The notes: a model not told the origin generated them from the sequence alone. A stretch of 64,000 bases of DNA from an uncultured Chloroflexia bacterium (GCA_963766735.1 CAVYBU010000030.1:32001-96000), one strand, 5' to 3'; positions 9,146 through 19,352 are shown, counted from the stretch's first letter. A program made the numbers and translations.

Positions 9146-11024
9146 GTGAAGCGCCATCGTCTCGAACCAGGATCGCCCTCCGTCCCGCCGTCACCTCCGA
9201 CGTCGCACCGGCAGGCTTCATATCGCCGCGTTCGTCGTCGGGCTGATCGTGCTCACCTTCGGCCTGGCCGGCTGGGCCCTCAAGGGGGGCCCGTCGTCGG
9301 TCGAGGAGATGATCCTCGCCATCGACCTCACGATCGGCGGCACGATCCTGCTGACCGGAGCCATGGTCGGACGGGCGCGGGCCGCCGAGGGTCGCCGGGA
9401 CGCACAGTTGCGGGTGCTCCAGCTCGCCGCCAGGCGGATGAGCGCCAGCCTCACCCCGGAGGCGGTCGGCCGCGCCGTCGTCGAGGAGATGCGCTCGATC
9501 ATCGACTACCACAACGCGCGGGTCTACCTCCTGGAGCCACCGGACGACCTGGTGCCGATCGCGTTCGAGGGCCGGGTGGGTGCCTACGAGAAGGTGGACC
9601 TCGAGATCCTGAGGACCAGGGTCGGCGACGGCTTCACCGGCTGGGTTGCGCAGCACGGGTCCGCGATCCGGGTGGACGACGCCACGAGCGACCCGCGGGG
9701 CAGGACGATCCCCGGCACGGACGACGTGGACGAGTCGATGCTCGTGGTCCCCATGCAGCACGACGAGGGGCTGGTGGGCGTCGTGACGCTTTCCAAGCTT
9801 GGCCTCCGCCAGTTCGACGACGACGATCTCCGCCTCCTCTCGATCATGGCCGACCAGGCCGCCACGGCCTTCACCGGCGCGGCGCACCTGGCGCAGACGA
9901 AGCTCCTGGCCTCCGAGCTGCGCCAGCTGCTGGACATGAGCAGCGCCCTGTCGCAGTCACTCGATCCCCGCGACGTGGCGGTGCTGATGGCCAAGCACCT
10001 GGCGAGGGCGGTCGGCGCGGAGCAGGCCCTGATCAGCGACTGGGACCACGCGAACGACCGGCTCCGGACGCTGGGCTGCTACCCGGAAGCCGTGCGCCCG
10101 GAGATCGCCGACTTCTACGCCCTCGCCGACTACCCGTTGAGCCGGCGCGTCCTCAACGAAGGCGTGATCGCGGTCCTGGACGCCGAGGATCCAGATGCGG
10201 ACCCGGCCGAGGCCGCCCTGCTGCGGGCCGAGGGGATGCGCGGCCTGGTCATGTTGCCCCTGATCGCGAAGGGCGAGGCCATCGGCCTGGTGGAGCTGAC
10301 CGGGTGCTCGCGGCCCACCAGCGATCCCGGCCAGATCACCCTCGCCCGCACGATGGCGCAAGAGGCGGCGATGGCCCTCGACAACGCGCGCATGTACGAG
10401 ACGGCACGCGACCTGGCCGACCGCGATCCTCTGACGGGGTTCTTCAACCACCGCTACCTGCACGAGCGACTGTCCGATGAGATCGTCCGCGCTGTCCGGT
10501 ACCGGCGGCCGCTCAGTGTCCTGATGCTCGACCTCGACGACTTCAAGCTGGTCAACGACACGTTCGGTCACGTATACGGGGATCGCGTGCTGGTGCACGT
10601 GGCGGAGCTTGTGCGATCCATGCTCCGTGGCTCGGATGTGGCCACCCGGTACGGCGGCGACGAGTTCGCGGTGATCCTCCCCGAGACCGGGCGCGACGAT
10701 GCGGCGCGGGCGGCGGAGCGCATCCTGGACGCCTTCCGGGCGTCGCCGTTCGCGGCCGAGGGTCGCCGAGCTTTCCCGGTGGGGGCGTCGATCGGCATCT
10801 CCACGCACCCGTTCGACGGGCGGACCGCCACGGACCTGATCGCCGTTGCGGACCTGGGCCTGTACGCCGCGAAGGACGCGGGTGGCGGGGTCGCCCTCCC
10901 GGGTGACGAGGCGCTGGCGCGGGCGGCGGATGAAAGTCCAACGAGGGTCGCGCCTCCACGACGGCGCCTGCCCGCGGACGTCGAGGCCCTCCTGGCGAGT
11001 GCGGTGGGGTCCGGAGAGGCCTGA
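9146..11024 (+). CDS. Membrane-anchored GAF-GAF-GGDEF diguanylate cyclase; probable +1 error at 9149-9150 (uninterrupted ORF starts 9249)
   Basis: Two TM helices, two GAF-like domains, DPLTGFFNHR, DLDDFKLVND, RGSD I-site and RYGGDEF. GTG at 9146 lies 6 nt after a -10-like CAGCAT. Confidence 0.88.
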
Positions 11025-11145
11025 CCTGGTACGGAAGTACCGGGGCCCGTTTGGCCATCAGTACCAGGTATCGCGCTTGTCCCGTGGCCGGTCGCGGACC
11101 ATCCTGTTGCCCAGGGTGATGATCAGGGGACGCGCACTGGGTGAC

Positions 11146-12549
11146 ATGAGGCCGCGCGGCGATGTGCGGGGCCTGACCCGGCGTCCCTTCGGCCCCGCAT
11201 TCGCTGCCCTCGCCGTGGTCGAGTTGGCGTACTTCCTCGTCGCGCCCACCCCCGTGGGCATCCTCATCCTCGCCCTGGTCGGGCTCCTGGGCATCGCGGC
11301 CGCCCGCGAGCGGCAGGGGGTCGCCGGCTCAGCGGCAAGCCGCCGGATCGAGGCTGAGTCCTACTCCCGCATCCTGCGCGGCCTCGCCCGCTCCGTGTCG
11401 CCGGACGCCATCGTGGACGCCATCGTGGAGGAGCTTGGGAACGGCACCGGCGCGGATCACGTGGTCGTCGTGCGTCGCCGGCCGGAGACGCGCAACCTCG
11501 AGGCGATCATGTCGTCCACGCGCCCCGGCGCCCCTGCGTCGCGCACCTCCCTGCCGCTCAGCGTGCTGGAGGACCCGGCAGAGGGTGCTGCGATGGCCCG
11601 GCTCGCCATTGCCGTTTCGCGCGGACGACGCTTGACCGCCGTCCGGATCCAGCCCGACCCGGGGGGTGACCCGCTGCTGGTGCCGCTCGGGATCGCCGCT
11701 GACCGACTCGGCACACCTTCCGGCGCAGGCCTGGCGCCAGACGCGGACGGCGGCGGCGTTGCGACGGCCGTGGCGCCGGCCGCGTCGCGGGTCCGGGCGC
11801 GTCGCCCGGGGCAGGCGATCCCGTCCGGCGAGGGTGCCGACCAGCGCATCGCGGATCGCATCGCGGAACGCCTGCGTGACATCTATGGGCTGCGCAATCT
11901 CGCCGCGGCCCCGCTCCGCGTCGACGGCAAGGTCGAGGGGGCCATCGTGCTGTCGCGTCGGACGGGTTCCTGGCCTGACAGCGCGCGCCGGATCCTGGAG
12001 GCCGCCGCGGTCGAGGCCTCGGCGGCGCTCGCACGCGTCTATTCGCTCCGGGATGCGGAGGCGCGCGCCACGACCGATGCGCTCACCGGACTGCCGAACC
12101 GCCGCTACTTCGACGAGTACCTGGGCCTGCTCGCCCGCCGCCGCCGCGCCGACGACCGCGTGGGCGTGCTGATGGTCGACATCGACTGGTTCAAGAAGCT
12201 CAACGACACGTTCGGGCATGCGGTGGGGGATCACGTCCTGCGCGAGGTTGCCCAGGCCGTCGCCGGTGCCGTGCGGGAGGGCGACGTCCCGGCCCGCTTC
12301 GGGGGCGAGGAGTTCGCGGTGCTGTTGCGGAACCCGGGTCCGGTGATCGCGGTCGAGGTGGGGGAGCGCGTCCGACGTGCGGTGGGCAGCCTTGACCTGC
12401 GCCGGATGGGCGTGCCGGGGGTGAGCGTCTCCGTGGGCGTCGCAGTGGCCGACTCACCGGACACGGACCTGGGCGTGGTGATCGACGAGGCGGACCGGGC
12501 CCTGTATCGCGCCAAGCGCGCGGGGCGCAACCGGGTCGTGGCCGCGTAG
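11146..12549 (+). CDS. Membrane-anchored GAF-GGDEF diguanylate cyclase
   Basis: N-terminal TM pair, GAF-like region, DALTGLPNRR, REGD I-site and RFGGEEF. Start position approximate. Confidence 0.88.
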   Translation: MRPRGDVRGLTRRPFGPAFAALAVVELAYFLVAPTPVGILILALVGLLGIAAARERQGVAGSAASRRIEAESYSRILRGLARSVSPDAIVDAIVEELGNGTGADHVVVVRRRPETRNLEAIMSSTRPGAPASRTSLPLSVLEDPAEGAAMARLAIAVSRGRRLTAVRIQPDPGGDPLLVPLGIAADRLGTPSGAGLAPDADGGGVATAVAPAASRVRARRPGQAIPSGEGADQRIADRIAERLRDIYGLRNLAAAPLRVDGKVEGAIVLSRRTGSWPDSARRILEAAAVEASAALARVYSLRDAEARATTDALTGLPNRRYFDEYLGLLARRRRADDRVGVLMVDIDWFKKLNDTFGHAVGDHVLREVAQAVAGAVREGDVPARFGGEEFAVLLRNPGPVIAVEVGERVRRAVGSLDLRRMGVPGVSVSVGVAVADSPDTDLGVVIDEADRALYRAKRAGRNRVVAA

Positions 12550-12589
12550 GGTCCGGTCCGGCGCCGGGTTCGCCCGTACCATGCGAGGC

Positions 12590-14398
12590 GTGACGGCCAC
12601 CAACGACGACCTGGCGCGGGTCTTCCACGAGATCGGCGACATCCTCGAGGTCAAGGGCGAGATCCCGTTCAAGACCATCGCGTACCACCGCGCGGCGGAC
12701 GCGATCGCGAAGGCGCCGTTCGACGTCGCGTCCGCCTACGCCGCAGGCGACCGCCGCCCGATCGCGGGCGTGGGCAAGGCGATCGGCGACAAGATCGCGG
12801 AGATGGCGACCACCGGCCAGATCGCCCTCCATGAGCGCCTCCGGGCGGAGATCCCGCCGAGCGTCGTGGACCTGCTGCGCATCCCGGGCGTCGGGCCCAA
12901 GACGGTGCGCCTGGTCTGGGAGGGCCTGGGTGTCGAGAGCATGGACGACCTGCGACGCGCCGCGGAGGCCGGCCACCTGCGCGGCCTGCGGGGCATCTCC
13001 GCCGGCACGGAGCAGCGGATCCTCGAGGGCATCACCCTTCTCGCATCGCGCCCGCAGCGCATGCTGCTCGACCGGGCGCAGGCCATCTCTGACGCGCTGG
13101 CCGCACAGCTGGCGGACACCCCGGGCGTCGCGCGGATCGTCCAGGCGGGGTCGCTGCGTCGTCGCCGGGAGACGGTCGGCGACCTGGACCTGCTCGTGGA
13201 GACGGACGCGCCGGAGGCGGTCATCGACCGCTTCGTCCACCTCCCGGCCGTCGAAGGCGTCCTCGGCGCGGGTAGGGCGAAGGCCGCCGTGCGCCTGGCG
13301 GGCGGCCCGCAGGTGGACCTGATGGTGATGCCCCGCGGCGAGGCCGGCACCTACCTCGTCCACTTCACGGGCTCGGCGGCCCACAACGTCCGCCTCCGGG
13401 GCATCGCCCGCGACCGCGGCTGGAGCCTGTCCGAGAAGGGCTTCCTGCGCCTCGACGCCGAGGGCGAGCCCGCGACCGGCGATGCCGCCGAGCTCCGGAC
13501 GTTCGAGGACGAGGCGGGCGTCTACGGGTTCCTCGGGCTGCCGTTCATCGAGCCCGAGCTGCGCGAGGACGCGGGCGAGGTGGAGGCGGGGTATGCGGGC
13601 GGGCTGCCGTCGCTGATCGCACTCGCGGACCTGCGCGGGGACCTGCACAGCCACTCCGAGTGGAGTGACGGCGTCCACGCGATCGAGGTCATGGCCGAGG
13701 CCGCCCGCCGTCGCGGCTATGCGTACCAGGTGCTGACCGACCACTCGCGGAGCCTGGGGATCGCTCACGGCCTGGAGCCCGCGCGGGTGGAGCTCCAGCG
13801 CGGGATCATCGCGGCGCTCAATGCCCGGTTCAGGGCGGAGGAGGCGGCCGGGACGCTGCCGGCCGGCGCGAGCCCCGGCGGCTTCCGTCTGCTCCACGGC
13901 TGCGAGCTGGAGGTCCGCGCCGACGGCCGCCTCGACTACGAGGATGACCTGCTGGCGCGCTTCGACCTGGTCGTGGCCTCCGTGCACGTGGCACGCCGCC
14001 AGCCCCGGGCGGAGCTGACCCGCCGGACGCTCAACGCCATCCAGAGTCCGCACGTGGACGTCATCGCCCATCCGGCCGGCCGGATGATCCAGGACCGCGA
14101 CGACCTGGACCTGGACTGGGACGCGGTCTTCGAGGCGGCGGCGGCGACCGGGACGGCGCTGGAGATCAACGGGTCCCCACACCGCCTGGACCTGGCCCCG
14201 GCGCGGGCCCGGCGGGCGGTGGAGGCGGGTTGCCTGCTCTCGATCGACTCGGACGCGCATCGGACCGAGGAGCTGGCCTATGTCCGCTGGGGCGTTGACC
14301 AGGCCCGGCGCGCGTGGGTGGAACCGCGGCACGTGGTGAACACGCGGAGCCTGGACGACCTGCTGGCCTGGGTGGCGGCCAAGCCCTCCCGGGTCTGA
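12590..14398 (+). CDS. polX: DNA polymerase X family protein with C-terminal PHP domain
   Basis: HhH motifs (GVGKAIG, PGVGPKT), GSLRR, GDLDLL (DxD intact), HFTGSAAHN; PHP motifs DLHSHS, TDHS, AHP, DSDAH. Confidence 0.95.
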   Translation: MTATNDDLARVFHEIGDILEVKGEIPFKTIAYHRAADAIAKAPFDVASAYAAGDRRPIAGVGKAIGDKIAEMATTGQIALHERLRAEIPPSVVDLLRIPGVGPKTVRLVWEGLGVESMDDLRRAAEAGHLRGLRGISAGTEQRILEGITLLASRPQRMLLDRAQAISDALAAQLADTPGVARIVQAGSLRRRRETVGDLDLLVETDAPEAVIDRFVHLPAVEGVLGAGRAKAAVRLAGGPQVDLMVMPRGEAGTYLVHFTGSAAHNVRLRGIARDRGWSLSEKGFLRLDAEGEPATGDAAELRTFEDEAGVYGFLGLPFIEPELREDAGEVEAGYAGGLPSLIALADLRGDLHSHSEWSDGVHAIEVMAEAARRRGYAYQVLTDHSRSLGIAHGLEPARVELQRGIIAALNARFRAEEAAGTLPAGASPGGFRLLHGCELEVRADGRLDYEDDLLARFDLVVASVHVARRQPRAELTRRTLNAIQSPHVDVIAHPAGRMIQDRDDLDLDWDAVFEAAAATGTALEINGSPHRLDLAPARARRAVEAGCLLSIDSDAHRTEELAYVRWGVDQARRAWVEPRHVVNTRSLDDLLAWVAAKPSRV

Positions 14399-14594
14399 CG
14401 CCCGGCCTGCCCCGTCGCGCCGCCGCCGGGGCGGCGTCCGCCGCGCGAGCCCGCTGCGTCGCGCCGTGCCGCCCTGCCGAGCCCGCACCGCCGAGCCCGC
14501 CTCGCCCGACGCCCGCCCCGCCGTCGGGGCGGCGTCGCGCCGCCCGCGCCCGCGCCCGGTCGCGTCAGCCCCCGCCGACGTACCATCGGCCGCG

Positions 14595-15419
14595 ATGCAC
14601 GCCCCCGACCCCACGTCCGCCCACGGCCGCCACGAACTCGTGCTCGTGGTGACCCTGCTCGTGGCCATGTCGCGCCTGGTCGAGCCGCTGGACGCCTTCC
14701 TGATCGCCGGCCTGCTGCCGGTCGTCATCCTGGTCGCCGGCGTCGGGATCCTTGCCGGTGACGAGTCACCGGCCCGTCCATTCGAGGCGCTCCTGGTCCC
14801 CGCGGTGCTCGCGGGCGGTGCCGTCGGGGCGATCCAGCTGGTGCCAGCGGGCTTCGGCCTTGTTCCGTACCTCGTCGTGTTCGGCTTCCTCCTGGACCGG
14901 ACGCTGCGCCTGGAGATGCGCCTGCTGGCCCAGGCAGGTGGCGCCACGGATGCGGACAGGGCCCGGGTGCTGCTTGCCGCAATCGTCGCCGCATTCGTGG
15001 CGTTCACGGGGGTCGCGGCGCTGGTGCCGGGCGGCCTGCTGGCGCCCGGCGGCTCCGCGGTGGCCGCCGGGGGGACCCTCACCGGGATCTGGCTCATCGT
15101 CCTGGCCGTCGACGACGCCCTGATCGCGTTGCTCCTCGGGTACCGCGTGGCAACCTTCCGCTACGGCACGACCAGGGACGCGGCCCGCTCGGCCGTGACC
15201 TACGCCATCGTCGTGGCCGTGGCGGCCGGGGCGATCAGCGCCATCGACCTGCCGAGTCTCCTCGGCCCCGCGGTGCTCACCCTCGTGTTCTACCTGTGGG
15301 ATGCCCTGCACGGCAGCGCGCCTGCGCGCCGGCGTGAGCCACGGTTCCTATGGGAGACGATATTGCTGGTCGCACTCGCCGCGGTCGTGGTGGCCTGGAA
15401 CGTCAGGCTCGGCGGCTGA
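14595..15419 (+). CDS. Multi-pass membrane protein of unknown function
   Basis: About 8-9 hydrophobic segments; ATG 8 nt after TACCAT. Confidence 0.75.
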   Translation: MHAPDPTSAHGRHELVLVVTLLVAMSRLVEPLDAFLIAGLLPVVILVAGVGILAGDESPARPFEALLVPAVLAGGAVGAIQLVPAGFGLVPYLVVFGFLLDRTLRLEMRLLAQAGGATDADRARVLLAAIVAAFVAFTGVAALVPGGLLAPGGSAVAAGGTLTGIWLIVLAVDDALIALLLGYRVATFRYGTTRDAARSAVTYAIVVAVAAGAISAIDLPSLLGPAVLTLVFYLWDALHGSAPARRREPRFLWETILLVALAAVVVAWNVRLGG

Positions 15420-15526
15420 CCACCCGCGTTTGACGGCAGCGGCGGAGGGTGTTAGAAACACGTGCCCGGGACCGTTGCTGTTTCGGCGTGTCCGCCCCGA
15501 CATGCCCTCAGGCCCGACGCCTCCCG

Positions 15527-16408
15527 ATGGACCGAAAGGAATACCTCCACGTGACCTTCCCCGAGATCGACGCCGCAGCCCAGACGCCCGCCGGCCAGAC
15601 ACGCCTGAAGCGCCAGCTCGCCGAGCAGGCCATCGCGTACGCCACGGCCGCGCGCTGGATCGAAGCGGCTGAGACGAACCGGCGCCTGCTGGAGCTCGGG
15701 CCCGATTCCGAGTCCGAGAACCGGCTCGCCAAGGCACTCTGGGAGCAGGGCGACCTCAGTGCCGCCCGGGAGCACTACCAGAAGGCGCTCGCGCTGGACC
15801 CGACCAACCGCATCGCCGAGCGCAACATCGACCGCCTGAAGGTCCTGCTCGTCGAGGCGGGCTCCAAGACGGTCGCCGCGACGCCGGGCTCCAAGGCCCC
15901 GGTCAGCATCTTCGTCGAGGAGACCGGCAAGACAGGCTTCGCGCACCTCACCAGCCTCGCCCGCCCGGCAGAGCTTGCCCAGGTCAACCCGGGCGACGCT
16001 GTGGAGCTGATCCCCGAGGCGAACCGCCTCATCGCCATCAGCAACGGCATCCGGATCGGCATCGTGGAGCCGCGCGTCGCAGCGCGCCTGCTCAAGCTCA
16101 TGGCAGACGGCAACAAGTACCTCGCCGGCGTCACCTCGCTGGGTGACCGGGACGTGCGCCTGATCATCCGCGAGGTCTTCCAGGACCCACGCAACTACGG
16201 CAAGGTCAGCTTCCCGACCGCCGCCAAGTCCACGGACCTGCGGCCGTACACGAAGGGCACGCTGGTGCGCGAGGACGAGGAACTCGAGGAGGATCTCGAG
16301 GACGACGTCGAGGACGAGGAGATCCAGAACCTCGACCGGGTCCTGCCGCCGGAGGAGACGACGGACGAGGCGTTCGTCGAGGAGACCGACGAGCTCGACG
16401 AGTCGTAG
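15527..16408 (+). CDS. Tetratricopeptide-repeat protein with HIRAN-like central domain and acidic tail
   Basis: TPR pattern (NRLAKALWEQGDLSAAREHYQKALALDPTNRIA); VNPGDAVEL...IGIVEPRVAARLLKLMADGNKY resembles HIRAN; E/D-rich C-terminus. Confidence 0.8.
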   Translation: MDRKEYLHVTFPEIDAAAQTPAGQTRLKRQLAEQAIAYATAARWIEAAETNRRLLELGPDSESENRLAKALWEQGDLSAAREHYQKALALDPTNRIAERNIDRLKVLLVEAGSKTVAATPGSKAPVSIFVEETGKTGFAHLTSLARPAELAQVNPGDAVELIPEANRLIAISNGIRIGIVEPRVAARLLKLMADGNKYLAGVTSLGDRDVRLIIREVFQDPRNYGKVSFPTAAKSTDLRPYTKGTLVREDEELEEDLEDDVEDEEIQNLDRVLPPEETTDEAFVEETDELDES

Positions 16409-16502
16409 GGGCGGCCACGGTCGTCCGCGCCACGCCGGCGGTGCGCGGCGCCGCCCGAGTGCGTGCCTGACCGCTGCGCGGAGGTCTGCGACAATCCCGC
16501 CC

Positions 16503-19262
16503 ATGGCGGGTCGAGCGCTCCTCATTCGAGCCGAACCGGGTTTCAGCCTCCCGGCCTTTGAGCGTGCCGCCCCCCCACCCCCGCCGGCGCTCCTCACCGC
16601 CCGACTGGACGCGGGCTCTGTTCCGGGAGATATCGTCCTGGACCCGTTCGGCCGCGGTGGCTGGGTGGCGCGGGCCGCCATCGATCGCCAGCGCAAGGCA
16701 GTCAGCATGGAGGCCGGCGCACTCGACCGCCTCCTCGCGGAGGTCGTTCTGCGACCGCCGGACCTGCGCCACTTCGACGCTGCGATCCAGGCCATGGCCG
16801 CATCCGCACGTCACGAGACCAGCCTCAAGCAGTGGATGAGCGACCGCTACGCGAGCCGCTGTGCCACCTGCGACCGGCCGATCGTCCTGGACGAGGTCAC
16901 CTGGGCCGTCGAGTCCACCGACGAGGATGGGCGCCCGGCCGGCCCGCGTCCCATTCGCAAGCACTACCGCTGCCCCGTTTGCCGGGACCAGTTGGGCGGT
17001 GGCGAGCAGCGTCAGGCACCGCTCGACGCCGGAGACGTGCGCCTCGCAGTGGACCAGGAAGGCAGCGAGGTCCGGGACTGGCTCCTGGACCGCTTCCCGG
17101 TCCTCGAGGGGGGCGAGCTCCTCGGCCACGAGCTGCTGGATCTCCATACGACGCGCCAGCTTGCGGGGCTGGCCGCCATCCTGGAGAGGATCGAGGGTGA
17201 CCTCCGGGCAGAGTCGATCGTCGCGGCGATGCGCCTCGCCCTCCTCCATGCCATCGCCCCCGCCAGCCGCCTCGCGACGTCTGCCGGGCGTGTGGCCCCG
17301 CTGAAGATCATCCAAGGTCACGTGAAGGCCCCCGGCGGTGCCACGTGGCGGGAGCGCAACCCGTGGCTGGCCTTCGAGGATGGCGTCCGGGTGGTGCGCG
17401 GCTTCGTGCAGCGCCTGGAGAGCGGCGCCTGGGGGCCCGTTCCGGCGCGCCTCGGCGAGGACCTGCGGAGCCTGACGGAGGGCGCCGCGACCGTGGTCCT
17501 GAAGCAGGCGACTCCCGCGGCGTTCGGGGCCCTGGGTCTGGAGATGGAGCGCCTGGCGGGGACGGCGATTCGCCCGCGCGTCCGGCTTGCACTTGGCACG
17601 GCCCCGCTGAGGCCGACCGTGGACCGCCTCGCCTGGGCCTACCACGGCGCCGCGTGGGTGCTGGGCCGGGAGGCCGCCGCGACGCTGCCGCTGGAGCCCC
17701 TGTTCGGGCCGGGCGTCCGAGCCGGCTGGGGCTGGCAGGCGACAACGATCACGCGGACCCTCCGCGGGATCGAGCCGGTGCTGGCGAAGGACGCGCGGGT
17801 CGTCATCCTGCTGGAGGGCGACGGCCCGGAGTCGCTGGTCGCGAGCGTGCTTGGAGGCGTCACGGCCGGCTACCGGCTCGCGGCCGCGCGCCTGCCCGAG
17901 GCCGGCCGTGACACGGGTGGCGTGGTGGAGCTCGTGCCCCCCGGATCCGGCGCCGTCCCCGGCGGGCCCAGGACCCGGGCCAACGTCGGCCTGCCCGCCG
18001 TCACCGGCGGAGCGGGGGACCTGGACGTGGTCCCCTCGACCCGGCTGTTCGCGGCTCCGGAGCGCCGCGTCAACGCGCCGTTCTCGTCGGAGGACGCCGC
18101 CCGGGCCGTGGTGGAGGCGACCGTGGAGGTGCTCAAGCTGCGCGGTGAGCCCGTCAGCTTTGGCGGGCTCCTGGGTGAGATCCTGGTGGGCCTTGACCGG
18201 GCCGGTCATCTCCGTCGCCTCGTCCGTCCGCCCGCCCCTCCGGCCGACGTGACTCAGGACGCGGTGACCGCGACGGACGCGCCGCCGCCACCGCCTCCGC
18301 CCGCCGGCAGCCCCGCAACGCCGCCTGCCGCCCACGGGCCCTCACCCGGACCGTCGCCGGTCCGGCCGCCGGCCCACGCCGACCACGTGGACCGCCTGCT
18401 CGGCCTGGTCCACGACGCCCTCGCGGGAGCCGATGGCCGGCGCCTGGCCCAGGTGGCCGAGGATCGCTGGTGGCTGGGGGAGCGGGGCGATCGCGAGGCC
18501 GCGGCCGTTCCCCTTGCGGACCGCGTTGAGTGGGCCGTCTACAGCCTCCTGTCCACCGCGGGACCCCTGTCCGAGGGCGCCTTCCTGGACCGGGTCGCCG
18601 GGCTGTTCACCGGCCCGGACCTCCCGGACGAGGCGCTCGTCCGGGCCTGCCTGGAGAGCTATCGGAGCATGGCTTCCACCCAGGATCGCCTCGTCACGAC
18701 GGACGACCTCGCCACTCGCACGCGGGAGCACGGCGAGCTGATCGCGACCCTGGTGGACATCGGCCATCGCCTGGGCTTCTCCTGCTGGATCGGCGCACGC
18801 CAGCAGAACCGCCAGTGCGGCGACGGGCGCCTGTCCGACCTCCTCGACCACCGCGAGATGTCGGGGCCGCCGTCGATGGGCCGGATCCGGGCCGATGACC
18901 TGGAGGACGTCGACGTCATCTGGTACGTGCGCGGCCGTGCCGCCCTCGCCTGGGAGGTGGAATGGACCGCGATGGTGGGCGAGGCGATGCTCCGTCGGCA
19001 TGCGCGCCTTCCCCTCGACGAGCGCCTGGTCCGGATCCTGACCGTCCTGCCGGAGCGGGCCGAGCTGGTGCGGCACAAGCTGGAGCGCAGCCCGCTCCTC
19101 AGGTCGGCGCTCGAGGACGGTGGCTGGCACCTGGTGAAGTCGAACCACATCCGGGACTGGGCGGATCGGGAGGTCGTGGCGCTCGCGGACCTTGAGTCGC
19201 TGCTGGGCCTGGACCCCGCGGTGGAGCGCACCGGCGACCAGCTGTCGCTCTTCAGCGGCTGA
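16503..19262 (+). CDS. 919-aa protein with a degenerate DNA methyltransferase-like N-terminus, Zn ribbon and C-terminal PD-(D/E)XK-like domain
   Basis: PGDIVLDPFGRGG (SAM motif I-like), CATC...CPVC, no DPPY (TAPL instead), C-terminal DVDVIW...AWEVEWT. Confidence 0.6.
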   Translation: MAGRALLIRAEPGFSLPAFERAAPPPPPALLTARLDAGSVPGDIVLDPFGRGGWVARAAIDRQRKAVSMEAGALDRLLAEVVLRPPDLRHFDAAIQAMAASARHETSLKQWMSDRYASRCATCDRPIVLDEVTWAVESTDEDGRPAGPRPIRKHYRCPVCRDQLGGGEQRQAPLDAGDVRLAVDQEGSEVRDWLLDRFPVLEGGELLGHELLDLHTTRQLAGLAAILERIEGDLRAESIVAAMRLALLHAIAPASRLATSAGRVAPLKIIQGHVKAPGGATWRERNPWLAFEDGVRVVRGFVQRLESGAWGPVPARLGEDLRSLTEGAATVVLKQATPAAFGALGLEMERLAGTAIRPRVRLALGTAPLRPTVDRLAWAYHGAAWVLGREAAATLPLEPLFGPGVRAGWGWQATTITRTLRGIEPVLAKDARVVILLEGDGPESLVASVLGGVTAGYRLAAARLPEAGRDTGGVVELVPPGSGAVPGGPRTRANVGLPAVTGGAGDLDVVPSTRLFAAPERRVNAPFSSEDAARAVVEATVEVLKLRGEPVSFGGLLGEILVGLDRAGHLRRLVRPPAPPADVTQDAVTATDAPPPPPPPAGSPATPPAAHGPSPGPSPVRPPAHADHVDRLLGLVHDALAGADGRRLAQVAEDRWWLGERGDREAAAVPLADRVEWAVYSLLSTAGPLSEGAFLDRVAGLFTGPDLPDEALVRACLESYRSMASTQDRLVTTDDLATRTREHGELIATLVDIGHRLGFSCWIGARQQNRQCGDGRLSDLLDHREMSGPPSMGRIRADDLEDVDVIWYVRGRAALAWEVEWTAMVGEAMLRRHARLPLDERLVRILTVLPERAELVRHKLERSPLLRSALEDGGWHLVKSNHIRDWADREVVALADLESLLGLDPAVERTGDQLSLFSG

Positions 19263-19352
19263 CCTCGGGGACGGGTACGCTGGTGAACGTTCGATCGGCC
19301 GCATGGGTCGCCTGCCCTGCGGCTGAGCTCTCCTAGCCTGAGGGTAGCCTCC

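Noticed and set aside
11028-11041. LexA/SOS box (GGTAC-N4-GTACC resembles the cyanobacterial box)
   Set aside because: It precedes a cyclase gene rather than a repair gene, and I saw no such box before polX or tag.
14399-14580. ncRNA or REP element in the extremely GC-rich spacer after polX
   Set aside because: Low-complexity GC sequence with no recurrence elsewhere in the window; pairing is expected by chance.
12200-15097. 965-aa minus-strand ORF and many similar long antisense ORFs (e.g. 16206-18335, 22604-24697, 25573-27957, 42079-44079)
   Set aside because: They shadow well-supported genes on the opposite strand, lack motifs and are expected at this GC content.
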